A stretch of 64,000 bases of DNA from an uncultured Pelagibacteraceae bacterium (GCA_902564785.1 CACFCI010000002.1:12121-76120); one strand, 5' to 3'; counted from the first letter of the stretch, positions 28,430 to 38,694 are shown. Notes: a model not told the origin generated them from the sequence alone. Program-made: numbers and translations.

Positions 28430-29866
28430 ATGTTAGATAAAAAAAATTTTTATATTAATGGAGAATGGGTTGAACCAAATAGCTCTGAAGAAATTAAAGT
28501 CATTGATCCAGCAACAGAAGAAAATTGTGCAGTAATTACTCTAGGAAATAAAACAGATGTTGATATGGCTGTTAATGCAGCAAAAGATGCTTATGAATCT
28601 TGGGCATTTTCATCTAAAGAGGAAAGAATTGGGTTATTAGAAAAATTATATGAAAATTATAAGAAAAGATGGTCTGATATTGCTGAAGCCATAACTCTTG
28701 AAATGGGTGCTCCAAAAGATTTTGCAACAAAATTGCAAGCAGGAACAGGAGCAAGTCATATTAAATCATTTATTAGATATCTAAAAAATTTTGAATTTGA
28801 AAAACCATTAGGCGATCATGCCCCTAACCAAAGGCTGATTTATGAACCAAAAGGTGTATGTGCATTGATAACACCATGGAATTGGCCAATGAATCAAGTT
28901 TGTTTAAAAGTAATGCCAGCAATTGCATCAGGATGCACTATGGTTTTAAAACCATCAGAGTTAGCGCCTCTATCTTCAATGATACTTGCTGAAATTATTG
29001 ACGAAATAAAATTTCCAAAAGGAGTATTTAATTTAGTTAATGGTGATGGAGAAACAACAGGAGATGCTCTAACAAGTCATCCAGATATTAATATGATTTC
29101 TTTTACAGGATCAACAAGAGCAGGAGCTCTAATTTCACAAAATGCTGCTAAAGATTTTAAAAGAGTAAGTTTAGAACTAGGTGGCAAAGGAGCAAATATT
29201 ATTTTTAAGGATGCTGATTCTGAAGCGATTGAAAGAGGTGCTTTGAGATGCTTTAGAAATTCAGGTCAATCTTGTAATGCTCCAACAAGAATGCTTGTTG
29301 AAAAATCAATGTACGAAGATGCAATTGAGAGATTAAAAAAATATACCAAAAATTTTGAAGTTGGTGATCCTAAAAAAGAAGGCGAACATATTGGTCCTGT
29401 TATTTCAGAAACTCAATATAATAAAATACAAACTTTAATCCAAAAAGGTATAGACGAAGGTGCAAAATTAGTAGCTGGTGGAACAGGTAAACCAGATGGG
29501 TTAGACAAAGGTTACTTTGTTAAACCTACAGTATTTGCAGACGTAAATAACGATATGGAAGTTGCAAGGACAGAAATTTTTGGCCCTGTTTTATCTGTTA
29601 TCCCATTTGAAACAGAGGAAGACGCAATTAAAATTGCGAACGATACTGCTTATGGATTAACAAACTATATCCAAACACAAGATCCTGAAAAAGTACAAAG
29701 AGTTGCAAGAAAATTAAGATCCGGAATGGTTGATGTAAATGGAGCGGGTATTGCTGTTGACGCTCCATTTGGTGGTTTCAAACATTCTGGAATAGGCAGA
29801 GAAGCAGGTGAACACGGCTTAGAGGAATTTTTAGAAGTAAAAGCAGTAGGTGGTTGGAGCAACTAA
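28430..29866 (+). CDS. NAD-dependent aldehyde dehydrogenase (paralog of 13970..15400)
   Basis: PWNWP, FTGSTRAG, LELGGK, GQSC, EIFGPV. Confidence 0.93.
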   Translation: MLDKKNFYINGEWVEPNSSEEIKVIDPATEENCAVITLGNKTDVDMAVNAAKDAYESWAFSSKEERIGLLEKLYENYKKRWSDIAEAITLEMGAPKDFATKLQAGTGASHIKSFIRYLKNFEFEKPLGDHAPNQRLIYEPKGVCALITPWNWPMNQVCLKVMPAIASGCTMVLKPSELAPLSSMILAEIIDEIKFPKGVFNLVNGDGETTGDALTSHPDINMISFTGSTRAGALISQNAAKDFKRVSLELGGKGANIIFKDADSEAIERGALRCFRNSGQSCNAPTRMLVEKSMYEDAIERLKKYTKNFEVGDPKKEGEHIGPVISETQYNKIQTLIQKGIDEGAKLVAGGTGKPDGLDKGYFVKPTVFADVNNDMEVARTEIFGPVLSVIPFETEEDAIKIANDTAYGLTNYIQTQDPEKVQRVARKLRSGMVDVNGAGIAVDAPFGGFKHSGIGREAGEHGLEEFLEVKAVGGWSN

Positions 29867-29984
29867 TTCTATCTCTAGTTGTTCATTATTTTTATTTACA
29901 CTCTCCTTAAAAGTCCATAATGTCGCACTATGGATGAGATAACAGGTTTAAATTTTTTTTAAACCATAACAAAAGGAGATCAGT

Positions 29985-31433
29985 ATGAGTAGATCATCAA
30001 AACTCTACAATTCAGATTTAGCGCCAACTCCAGCTAATAAAAAGAATTGGGGGTGGTTTGAAATCTTTAACGTTTGGGCAAATGATGTTCAAAGTTTATT
30101 TGGTTATACTTTGGCAGCATCTTTGTTTTTAGCGTCAGGATTAAATGGCTGGGCTGTATTTGCTGCATTAATTTTAGCAGGATTTTTTATAATGTGGCTT
30201 GTAAACCTATCAGGTAAACCAAGTGTAAAACATGGAATTCCATATCCAGTATTTGCTCGAGTAAGTATGGGTGTCTTTGGTGCAAACTTTCCAGCAATGG
30301 CTAGAGGACTTGTTGCTATGTTTTGGTATGGAGCACAAACCTATGCTGCTTCGACAGCTGTAGCACTTTTAATAACAGGTATTACAGGAATAGAAGGTGA
30401 GGTAATGCTACTAGGTATGACAGGTGTAATGTGGATTTCATTTATATTTGTTTCGTTGTTCCAAATCTATCTATTTTGGCAAGGGGTAGATCTTGTTAAA
30501 AGATTTTTAAACTTCGCTGGTCCAGCAGTTTATGCTGTAATGATATTATTAATGATTATTATATGGGTTAAAGCTGGTGGTGGATTATTTTCAGAAGTTG
30601 GAAATATATTTTCTGGTGGAGAAAGGTCAGGTGGTTTTGAAGGCCTAGGATCATTTGGAGCTTTCTTAGCAGTATTTTCAATAATGGTTGGATATTTTGC
30701 CGCTGTAGTAATCAATTTTGGTGACTTCGCTAGGTTTGTCAAAAATGAGGATGAAATGAAAAAAGGTAACCTATGGGGATTAGTAGGAAATGTAGTTTTA
30801 TTTTCTTTTATTACTTTAATGATTACTGGTGGAACGATTGCTATTTTTGGCGAGTACGTAGCAAGCCCAACAGATATGGTAGCAAAAGTTGATAATTTAG
30901 GATTAACAGTAATTGCTGCATTTGCATTTTTTGCTGCAACAGTTGGGATTAATATGGTTGCGAACTTTATACCACCTGCATATGACTTAGCAAATTTAAT
31001 ACCAAGTAAAATAAATTTTAAAATCGGTGGATTAATTACTGCTGGTTTTGGATTTATAATTGGAGGTATGTGGGTAGCAGTTATTACTCAAATGGGATTA
31101 TTTCCATTTGTAAATACACTTGGAGCAATTTTAGCTCCAGTCTTTGGTATAATGATTGTTGATTATTATATTATTAAAAAAGAAAAATTAGATGTTGACG
31201 ATTTGTTTGATGATAGTGCGAGTGCAAAATATCATTACAATGGAGGTTTTAACCGTAAAGCAATTTTGGCCTGGATTTTATCAGGATATATTGCTGTTGG
31301 AACGGTTTGGCCAAATATCTTAATTTTAGGTTTAAGTGATTTCTTCGCTAATTTAGGTGGCGGAGGTGGATATGCTTGGATAATAGGAGCATCATTAGGT
31401 GCTGTTGTTCATTTAGCTATATCTAAAAGATAA
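29985..31433 (+). CDS. NCS1-family nucleobase:cation symporter (allantoin/uracil/hydantoin-type)
   Basis: GIPYPVFARVSMG, WYGAQT, INFGDFARF, NMVANF, IMIVDYY; about 12 TM segments; SD aggag. Confidence 0.9.
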   Translation: MSRSSKLYNSDLAPTPANKKNWGWFEIFNVWANDVQSLFGYTLAASLFLASGLNGWAVFAALILAGFFIMWLVNLSGKPSVKHGIPYPVFARVSMGVFGANFPAMARGLVAMFWYGAQTYAASTAVALLITGITGIEGEVMLLGMTGVMWISFIFVSLFQIYLFWQGVDLVKRFLNFAGPAVYAVMILLMIIIWVKAGGGLFSEVGNIFSGGERSGGFEGLGSFGAFLAVFSIMVGYFAAVVINFGDFARFVKNEDEMKKGNLWGLVGNVVLFSFITLMITGGTIAIFGEYVASPTDMVAKVDNLGLTVIAAFAFFAATVGINMVANFIPPAYDLANLIPSKINFKIGGLITAGFGFIIGGMWVAVITQMGLFPFVNTLGAILAPVFGIMIVDYYIIKKEKLDVDDLFDDSASAKYHYNGGFNRKAILAWILSGYIAVGTVWPNILILGLSDFFANLGGGGGYAWIIGASLGAVVHLAISKR

Positions 31434-31462
31434 AAATAAAAACCTTTAAGTTAGTTATAACT

Positions 31463-31494
31463 AAGCCCATTGCTTTAATGTGATGGGCTTTTTT
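31463..31494 (+). terminator. Rho-independent terminator after the NCS1 gene
   Basis: aagcccattgc...gtgatgggctt followed by a T run, between convergent genes. Confidence 0.7.
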
Positions 31495-31495
31495 A

Positions 31496-32695
31496 TTAAT
31501 TCAAAATAGATTTTGTTTTGATACCCTCTAAAAGTTTTAAACATTTTTTTAGTTCATCTAAAACTATAAATTCATCAATTTTATGTGCTTGTTCAATTGA
31601 ACCAGGACCACAAACAACTGTACTGATACCAATTTCTTGAAATAAACCTGCTTCAGTGCCAAACGAAACTACTTGCCTTGAGTTATCGCCAGTTAAACTA
31701 GATATTAACTCGCAAGCATCAGATTTTTCTTCTCTATCAAAACCAACTATTTCACCGATAATTTTTTTCTCAATGAAAGAATTTGGAAAAACTTTTTTCA
31801 TTTCTGGTAATAAAATTTCATTAGCGTATTTATCTAACTCCTTGTTTAAAAAAACAGCATCTTCTTTGACCACTGGTCTTGTTTCCCAGTTAACATGACA
31901 TTTATCTGCAATTACATTATGAGCTATTCCACCAAATATTCCTCCAATAGATAAAGTGGAATATGGAGGATCAAATATAGAGTCTTTTGGCGATCTTTCT
32001 TTTAATTTTTCTCTTAACTCTATTAATTTATTAACATATCTAGAAGCATACTCTACTGCACTCACGCCTTTATGAGGAGTCGAACTATGTCCAGCCAGAC
32101 CTCTAAAATAAGTTGTGTATTCATAACATCCTTTATGAGCGTCAATAATTTTCATATTTGTAGGCTCACCAACAATACAAATTCCATCTTTAATGTTTCT
32201 TTTTTTTAACTCTTCAATAAGTATAGGTGCTCCCTGGCAAGCGGTCTCTTCATCAAAAGTAAATGAAAAATGAATATCTCTATCAAGATTTGATTTTGAG
32301 AAAATTGGAGCAAATGCTAGAGTACATGCAATAAAACCTTTCATATCACAAGATCCTCTACCATAAAGTTTATTATTTTTAATTGTTGCCTTAAAAGGAT
32401 CCGTCGCCCATCCTTTTGACACAGGAACAACATCAGTATGTCCTGATAAAATTATTGGTTTTTTATTACCAGAGCTTTTTGCTTTAATGGTCGCAAACAA
32501 ATTTACTCTTTTTTTTTCTTCATCGAAAGTTCGGAAAGATGAAGCTCCAAGCTTTTTCAAAATATTATCACAATAATCAATTAGTGAATTATTATCTTCT
32601 CCCGAAATTGTTTTAAAACTAATTAGGTCGTTTAATATTTTAATTGAGTTTTTGAACAAAAGTTCTGAATTATTTTCTGTACTCATATTTTCCAT
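31496..32695 (-). CDS. argE: Acetylornithine deacetylase-like M20 metallopeptidase
   Basis: SGHTDVVP, GRGSCDMKG, DEE, GEPT, GHSS, TEAG, QAHKIDE. Confidence 0.85.
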   Translation of the reverse strand: MENMSTENNSELLFKNSIKILNDLISFKTISGEDNNSLIDYCDNILKKLGASSFRTFDEEKKRVNLFATIKAKSSGNKKPIILSGHTDVVPVSKGWATDPFKATIKNNKLYGRGSCDMKGFIACTLAFAPIFSKSNLDRDIHFSFTFDEETACQGAPILIEELKKRNIKDGICIVGEPTNMKIIDAHKGCYEYTTYFRGLAGHSSTPHKGVSAVEYASRYVNKLIELREKLKERSPKDSIFDPPYSTLSIGGIFGGIAHNVIADKCHVNWETRPVVKEDAVFLNKELDKYANEILLPEMKKVFPNSFIEKKIIGEIVGFDREEKSDACELISSLTGDNSRQVVSFGTEAGLFQEIGISTVVCGPGSIEQAHKIDEFIVLDELKKCLKLLEGIKTKSILN

Positions 32696-32713
32696 CCATT
32701 ATATATTAATAAT

Positions 32714-33055
32714 ATGAAAGAACAAATTACCTACGATATTTTTGACAAAGTTGATATTAGAGTTGGTACAGTTATTTCAGTGAAAAAAAATGAAAAAGCT
32801 AGAAAACCTTCTTTAATTGTTGAAGTAGATTTTGGAGATGAAATAGGAATTAAGCAATCGTCTGCTCAAATTACGCATTATTACAACGAGGAAAACCTTA
32901 AAGATAAACAGGTTATAGGTGTTTGTAATTTTCCAGAAAAAAATATTGCTGGAGTGGTTTCACAAGTACTTATTCTTGGATCTATTGATAAGGAAGGGAA
33001 AGTAATATTGGTTCATCCATCTCAAAAATCAGAGAATGGTTTACCTATTGCTTAA
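32714..33055 (+). CDS. csaA: CsaA / tRNA-binding OB-fold chaperone
   Basis: FDKVDIRVG, SSAQIT, NFPEKNIAG, SQVLILG. Confidence 0.85.
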   Translation: MKEQITYDIFDKVDIRVGTVISVKKNEKARKPSLIVEVDFGDEIGIKQSSAQITHYYNEENLKDKQVIGVCNFPEKNIAGVVSQVLILGSIDKEGKVILVHPSQKSENGLPIA

Positions 33056-33057
33056 CA

Positions 33058-33651
33058 ATGCATCCTGAAATTTTATCAATTACTTTGTTTGGAATAGTCG
33101 CAGCCTTTACGCCAGGGCCAAATAATTTTGTTGCATTTTACTCTGGATTTAACTTTGGAATAAAAAAAACGCTCCCACATATCATTGGAGTAACATTGGG
33201 TTTCCCTTTTCTTTTATTATGTGTTGCTTTAGGATTAATAAATATATTTAAACTTCACCCAATAATTCAAGAAATCTTAAAGTATCTAGGTACATTATTT
33301 TTGATTTACTTAGCCTATAAAATTTCTTTTTCAGTGTCTACAAATCAAGAAAACAAAAATTCTAACCCAGTTAAATTTATAGAAACTTTTATTTTTCAAT
33401 TTCTAAATCCAAAAGCAGTAATTGCATCGATAATTGTTGTTTCTACCTATATAGAAACAGGTGAGAATTTTGTGAATTATACTACTCAAATTATTATTTT
33501 AGCATTACTAGTTTCGGTCACCAGCATAACCCTTTGGACATTTATTGGTAAATTTCTTAGGAAATTTGCGACAAATCAGAAATTTATTAATTATTTTAAT
33601 TATGTTATGTCAGTGCTTCTTTTATTAAGCATAATAACTTTTTATTTATAA
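33058..33651 (+). CDS. LysE/RhtB-family amino acid exporter
   Basis: TPGPNN, YLAYK, FQFLNPKA motifs; about 6 TM segments. Confidence 0.88.
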   Translation: MHPEILSITLFGIVAAFTPGPNNFVAFYSGFNFGIKKTLPHIIGVTLGFPFLLLCVALGLINIFKLHPIIQEILKYLGTLFLIYLAYKISFSVSTNQENKNSNPVKFIETFIFQFLNPKAVIASIIVVSTYIETGENFVNYTTQIIILALLVSVTSITLWTFIGKFLRKFATNQKFINYFNYVMSVLLLLSIITFYL

Positions 33652-33652
33652 T

Positions 33653-36322
33653 ATGACTCCAGGAAACAAAAATTCTTATAATTCACTTAAAAAAATAATA
33701 ATTAACAATAAAGAGTATTATTATTATTCATTAAATGAAGCTGAAAATAATGGACTTGAAGGAATAAATAAACTTCCAAAATCTCTTAAAGTTTTATTAG
33801 AAAATTTATTAAGATATGAAGATGATTTAAGTGTAACAAAATCTCAAATAGAAGCGATTAAAAATTGGCTAAAGACAAAAAAATCTAAAACTGAAATTGC
33901 ATACAGACCAGCAAGAGTATTACTTCAAGATTACACAGGAATACCCGCAGTTGCAGATTTGGCTGCTATGAGAGAAGCTGTTAAAGAAAAAAATAAAGAT
34001 CCAAAAACAATTAATCCATTATCTACCGTCGATCTAGTGATTGATCACTCGGTGCAAGTTGATCAATTTGCAAATCCAGATTCTTTTGAAAAAAATGTTG
34101 ATATAGAATTCGAGAGAAATAGTGAAAGATATTCCTTTTTAAAATGGGGACAGCAAGCATTTAATAATTTTAGAATAGTTCCACCAGGAACAGGTATTTG
34201 TCATCAAGTAAATTTAGAATATTTGTCAAAAGTTGTTTGGTTAGAAGAATTTAAAGGAGATAAATATCTTTTTCCAGATACTTTAGTTGGAACAGATAGT
34301 CATACAACAATGGTAAATGGTCTATCTGTTTTAGGATGGGGTGTTGGAGGAATTGAAGCTGAGGCAGGAATGCTAGGTCAACCTATTTCTATGTTGATAC
34401 CAGAGGTTATTGGATTTGAAATGAAAAACAAAATGCCAGAAGGAACTACTGCAACTGATTTAGTCTTAACTGTTGTAAAAATGTTAAGAGATAAAGGAGT
34501 TGTTGGTAAGTTTGTTGAGTTTTATGGAGAAGGTTTAAAAAATTTAACTCTTGCAGACAGAGCTACAATTGCGAATATGGCACCTGAATATGGTGCTACT
34601 TGTGGATTTTTTCCTATAGATGAGGAAACATTAAATTATTTAAAATTTTCTGGAAGAGATCAACAAACAGTCGATATTGTTGAAAAATATGCAAAAGAGC
34701 AAGGTCTATGGGTAAGCAAAGAAGTAGAATTTACTGATATTATATCTTTAGACATGTCTACAGTAGTACCTACTATTTCAGGACCTAAAAGACCTCAAGA
34801 CAAAGTTCCTTTAACAGATGCACCTAGTTCGTTTCAAAAAGTATTGAAGGAAGCTACAAATAAAGATGAAAAATCAATTTCAAAAGTAACAAATACAGAT
34901 TATGAAATTAAAGATGGTTCAATATTGATTGCAGCAATAACTTCTTGTACTAATACTTCTAATCCAAATGTTTTAATTGGGGCTGGACTTTTAGCAAAAA
35001 AAGCAATTGAAAAAGGTTTACAGGTTAAACCTTGGGTAAAAACTTCTTTAGCACCTGGATCTCAGGTAGTTACAGATTATTTAGCAAAAGCTGGATTAAA
35101 TACTTATTTAGATCAACTTGGTTTTAACTTAGTTGGGTATGGTTGCACAACTTGTATTGGAAATTCGGGACCACTTCCAGAAAATATTGTTGATGCTATC
35201 AAAAAAAAAAATATTTATGCAGTTTCAGTACTATCGGGTAATAGAAATTTTGAAGGTAGAATTTCACCGCATATTAAAGCAAACTATCTTGCTTCACCTC
35301 CACTGGTTGTAGCATATGCAATAGCTGGGCATATGGAAGTTGATTTATACAAAGATGCATTAGGAATAGATAGAGGAGGTAACAAAGTATTTTTAAAAGA
35401 TATTTGGCCTACAAATAAAGAGATAGAAGATACATTAAAGGAATCATTAAATGCAGAAATGTTTGTAAAAAGATATTCAAATGTTTCTGCTGGTCCAACT
35501 CAATGGCAAAAAATCAAAACTGATAAAAGTAGCATCTATAATTGGGATGATGCATCAACATATGTTAAAAAACCTCCATTCTTCGACTCTTTAACAGATA
35601 AACCAGAGGGATTTAAGGAAATTAAAGATGCAAGACCATTATTAATTTTAGGTGATATGGTTACTACAGATCATATATCGCCAGCTGGTAGTATTCAAAA
35701 AGATAGTCCAACTGGTGAATATTTCATGGAACATCAAATTTTGCCAAAAGACTATAACTCTTATGGTTCGAGACGAGGAAATCACGAGGTTATGATGAGA
35801 GGAACTTTTGCAAATATAAGAATTAGAAATGAAATGGCGCCTGGGACGGAAGGCGGGTTTACAAAGTTATATCCGGAAGAAAAAGTTCTTCCTATTTATG
35901 ATGCAGTAGTTGAATATAAAAAAAGAGGAACAGATTTAGTTGTTATTGGGGGCAAAGAGTATGGAACTGGATCATCAAGAGATTGGGCAGCTAAAGGAAC
36001 AAAATTACTGGGAATAAAAGCAGTTATTGCAGAGAGCTTTGAAAGAATTCACAGATCTAATCTAATTGGAATGGGGATATTGCCACTACAATTCATCAGC
36101 GACGTTAATAGAAAAAATCTTAAATTAATTGGATCTGAATTAATTTCTATTTTAAATATTGAGAAAGGAGTTAAACCGTCTGATGAGGTAAATGTTGAAA
36201 TTAAATATATATCTGGTGAAATTAAGACAATCAAAACTTTATGCAGGATTGATACAAAAAATGAATTAGAGTATTATAAGAACGGAGGTATTCTGCAATA
36301 CGTTTTAAGGAATATGATTTAG
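33653..36322 (+). CDS. acnA: Aconitate hydratase A
   Basis: LQDYTG, DHSVQVD, DSHTTM, SCTNTSNP, GCTTCIGNSG, TTDHISPAG, GSSRDWAAKG. Confidence 0.97.
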   Translation: MTPGNKNSYNSLKKIIINNKEYYYYSLNEAENNGLEGINKLPKSLKVLLENLLRYEDDLSVTKSQIEAIKNWLKTKKSKTEIAYRPARVLLQDYTGIPAVADLAAMREAVKEKNKDPKTINPLSTVDLVIDHSVQVDQFANPDSFEKNVDIEFERNSERYSFLKWGQQAFNNFRIVPPGTGICHQVNLEYLSKVVWLEEFKGDKYLFPDTLVGTDSHTTMVNGLSVLGWGVGGIEAEAGMLGQPISMLIPEVIGFEMKNKMPEGTTATDLVLTVVKMLRDKGVVGKFVEFYGEGLKNLTLADRATIANMAPEYGATCGFFPIDEETLNYLKFSGRDQQTVDIVEKYAKEQGLWVSKEVEFTDIISLDMSTVVPTISGPKRPQDKVPLTDAPSSFQKVLKEATNKDEKSISKVTNTDYEIKDGSILIAAITSCTNTSNPNVLIGAGLLAKKAIEKGLQVKPWVKTSLAPGSQVVTDYLAKAGLNTYLDQLGFNLVGYGCTTCIGNSGPLPENIVDAIKKKNIYAVSVLSGNRNFEGRISPHIKANYLASPPLVVAYAIAGHMEVDLYKDALGIDRGGNKVFLKDIWPTNKEIEDTLKESLNAEMFVKRYSNVSAGPTQWQKIKTDKSSIYNWDDASTYVKKPPFFDSLTDKPEGFKEIKDARPLLILGDMVTTDHISPAGSIQKDSPTGEYFMEHQILPKDYNSYGSRRGNHEVMMRGTFANIRIRNEMAPGTEGGFTKLYPEEKVLPIYDAVVEYKKRGTDLVVIGGKEYGTGSSRDWAAKGTKLLGIKAVIAESFERIHRSNLIGMGILPLQFISDVNRKNLKLIGSELISILNIEKGVKPSDEVNVEIKYISGEIKTIKTLCRIDTKNELEYYKNGGILQYVLRNMI

Positions 36323-36324
36323 TT

Positions 36325-36969
36325 ATGAATGAAGATTTATCAATTATAAACGCAAATACTAGAAACGAAAAAATTAAAAACTTTGTTTTAAATCATAAAA
36401 TAAAAATAATATCAGGTATAATTATTCTAATCATTGCCATAATAGTTGCATTTAGTTACGACAAATATTTAAATGATAAAAAAAAGGAAATATCAGATAA
36501 TTTTAATTCAATTACTATTGAATACACAGAAAAAAATAGTGAAAAAACAGCTAGAAGTTTAATTGAAGTAATAAATAAAAAAGACCCAACTTATTCACCA
36601 TTATCGCTCTATTTTATTATTGATAACAATCTGGTAAGTGACACGAAGCTTGTTAATTCATTGTTTGATATTTTAATTATAGATACAAAGTTGGATAATG
36701 AGATTAAAAATTTGATCATTTATAAAAAGGCTCTTTATAATGCAGATAAAGTAACAGAAAGTGATCTTTTAAGTATACTAAAACCAATTATAAATTCAAA
36801 AAGTGTATGGAAATCTCACGCTATGTATTTAATTGGAGAATATTTTTACGCAAAAAATGAAAAACAAAAAGCTAAAGAATTTTTTAATCAAATAATAAGT
36901 TTAGAGGATTCAAACGCAAATATAAGGTTGCAAGCAGAGAAAAGAATAAATCGAGATTTAGGTGAATAA
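36325..36969 (+). CDS. YfgM-like membrane-anchored TPR protein
   Basis: Single N-terminal TM and helical TPR-like C-terminus; immediately upstream of the bamB-like gene. Confidence 0.6.
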   Translation: MNEDLSIINANTRNEKIKNFVLNHKIKIISGIIILIIAIIVAFSYDKYLNDKKKEISDNFNSITIEYTEKNSEKTARSLIEVINKKDPTYSPLSLYFIIDNNLVSDTKLVNSLFDILIIDTKLDNEIKNLIIYKKALYNADKVTESDLLSILKPIINSKSVWKSHAMYLIGEYFYAKNEKQKAKEFFNQIISLEDSNANIRLQAEKRINRDLGE

Positions 36970-38260
36970 GTTAATATTTTTTTCAATTTTACTTTTGCTT
37001 TTCAACAATTGTTCCCTGAATAAAAATGTTAAAATTTGGAAAGGCAAAGAAAATACATCTGATATAAATAAAAATGTAACTAAAGCATTTGTTAAAGAAA
37101 ACAAAAATATTTCAGAATTTAATCAAGGTTTAAGATTAGATTTTTCAGCGATTAAAACTAATAATAAAATAATTGATGATCAAAATAATTTTGGTTCGCA
37201 AACATATAATGGTAAATTAAATCGCATCCACAAATATAAAATTTCTAAACTAGAAAAGCAAAATAACTTTAATTTTAAACCAGTTTTTTTAAAAGATGGG
37301 ATTATATTTTTTGACAAAAAAGGATCAATTATTAGATATGATAAAAATCAAAAAATTCTTTGGAAACAAAATCATTATTTAAAAGCTGAAAAAAGATTAA
37401 AGCCAAAACTTAATTTTTTACATGATAACCAAAACCTTATAATTACTGATAGTATAGCAAAATATTATTCAATAAATATTAATACTGGTGAGCTTAATTG
37501 GATCAGAAATAATACTTATTCATTTAATTCAAATTTAAAAAGATATAAAGATAAATTTTTTGCAGTTGATTATAAAAATATATTAAGGTGTTTTAAAATA
37601 AAAGATGGCTCTGAATGCTGGAATTTAAAAACAGAGGACTCATTTACAATATCAAATGACAAATATTCTTTAATAATTGTAAATAATAATATTATTTTTA
37701 ATAATTCTTTAGGTGATATAACTGCTGTTAATATTAAAACAGGTTTAATCACATGGCAATTACCAACTCAAAGCAGCAGTATTATTAATGAAACTTACAA
37801 TTTTAAAAATTCTAAACTTGTGTCTGACAAAAATTCAATTTTCTTCTCTAATAATAAAAATCAGTTTTATTCAATTGATTTGAGAACTGGCACAATAAAT
37901 TGGATTAATAAGATTAATTCTATAACCAAACCAATTCTAATTGAAAATTTGATTTTTACAGTTTCTCAAGAAGGATTTTTATATGTATTAGATAAAAATG
38001 AAGGCAATATTTTAAGAGTTACTGATTTGTTTAAAAATTATGAAGAAAAGGAAAGAAGCAATATTTTTCCAATAGGTTTTGTAATAGGAAATAGAAATTT
38101 ATATTTAACTCTTTCGAATGGTCACATGATTGTTGCCGGTATTGAAGCTGGAAATATAATAAAATTTGAAAAAGTTTCTAGTGGTGCAGTTTCCGAACCA
38201 TTTATATTTAATGGTAATTTATTTGTACTAAGGAATGGATCGATCTTACAGTATAATTAA
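36962..38260 (+). CDS. bamB: PQQ-type beta-propeller lipoprotein, BamB-like
   Basis: Lipobox-like FNNC; repeated TG/DG-x-x-x-W blade motifs (NTGELNW, KDGSECW, KTGLITW, RTGTINW). Confidence 0.7.
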   Translation: MNKLIFFSILLLLFNNCSLNKNVKIWKGKENTSDINKNVTKAFVKENKNISEFNQGLRLDFSAIKTNNKIIDDQNNFGSQTYNGKLNRIHKYKISKLEKQNNFNFKPVFLKDGIIFFDKKGSIIRYDKNQKILWKQNHYLKAEKRLKPKLNFLHDNQNLIITDSIAKYYSININTGELNWIRNNTYSFNSNLKRYKDKFFAVDYKNILRCFKIKDGSECWNLKTEDSFTISNDKYSLIIVNNNIIFNNSLGDITAVNIKTGLITWQLPTQSSSIINETYNFKNSKLVSDKNSIFFSNNKNQFYSIDLRTGTINWINKINSITKPILIENLIFTVSQEGFLYVLDKNEGNILRVTDLFKNYEEKERSNIFPIGFVIGNRNLYLTLSNGHMIVAGIEAGNIIKFEKVSSGAVSEPFIFNGNLFVLRNGSILQYN

Positions 38261-38262
38261 AT

Positions 38263-38694
38263 ATGATCTTAAAAATTTTAGAAAAGATCGGACGAAAAAA
38301 GGTTGTATTAGATAGGGGGCCATCGCACCCTAAATTCCATGAGGCAAAACCATGGATGAATAGATACTATGTATTATTTAGAAATAGACCCAAATGGTTT
38401 CCATTCAACATATTAATACATGAGATGCTAGATGATGATCATGGCGAGGGTGTTCATAATCATTTGTGCCCCTACATCACAATTATTTTAAGGGGAGGAT
38501 ATTGGGAGACAACAAAAGATGGAAAATTTTGGAGAAAGCCAGGTTATATAGGTTTTAGATCAGCAAATTCTTTTCATAGAGTAGATCTTGAACAGGGAAC
38601 AAATCCAATGACACTATTTATACCTGGTCCATTTGGATTGAGAAAAGGTCCACGATCAGAATATGGTATCGATTTTAAAACTAAAAGAAATTAA
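38263..38694 (+). CDS. Small cupin-fold protein resembling phage-encoded cysteine-dioxygenase-like proteins
   Basis: FNILIH...VHNH...ILRGGYWE...WRKPG...FHRVDL...TLFIPGP, with a His/Glu cupin metal motif. Confidence 0.55.
   Translation: MILKILEKIGRKKVVLDRGPSHPKFHEAKPWMNRYYVLFRNRPKWFPFNILIHEMLDDDHGEGVHNHLCPYITIILRGGYWETTKDGKFWRKPGYIGFRSANSFHRVDLEQGTNPMTLFIPGPFGLRKGPRSEYGIDFKTKRN

Noticed and set aside
29867-29984. Guanidine-II or purine riboswitch upstream of NCS1
   Set aside because: There are no twin ACGR-loop hairpins and no purine-riboswitch three-way-junction core; kept only as an unassigned structure.
31451-31464. Palindrome ttagttataactaa, partly shared with the potD hairpin loop
   Set aside because: It is short, almost all AT, and has only two partial copies; not enough to call a repeat family.
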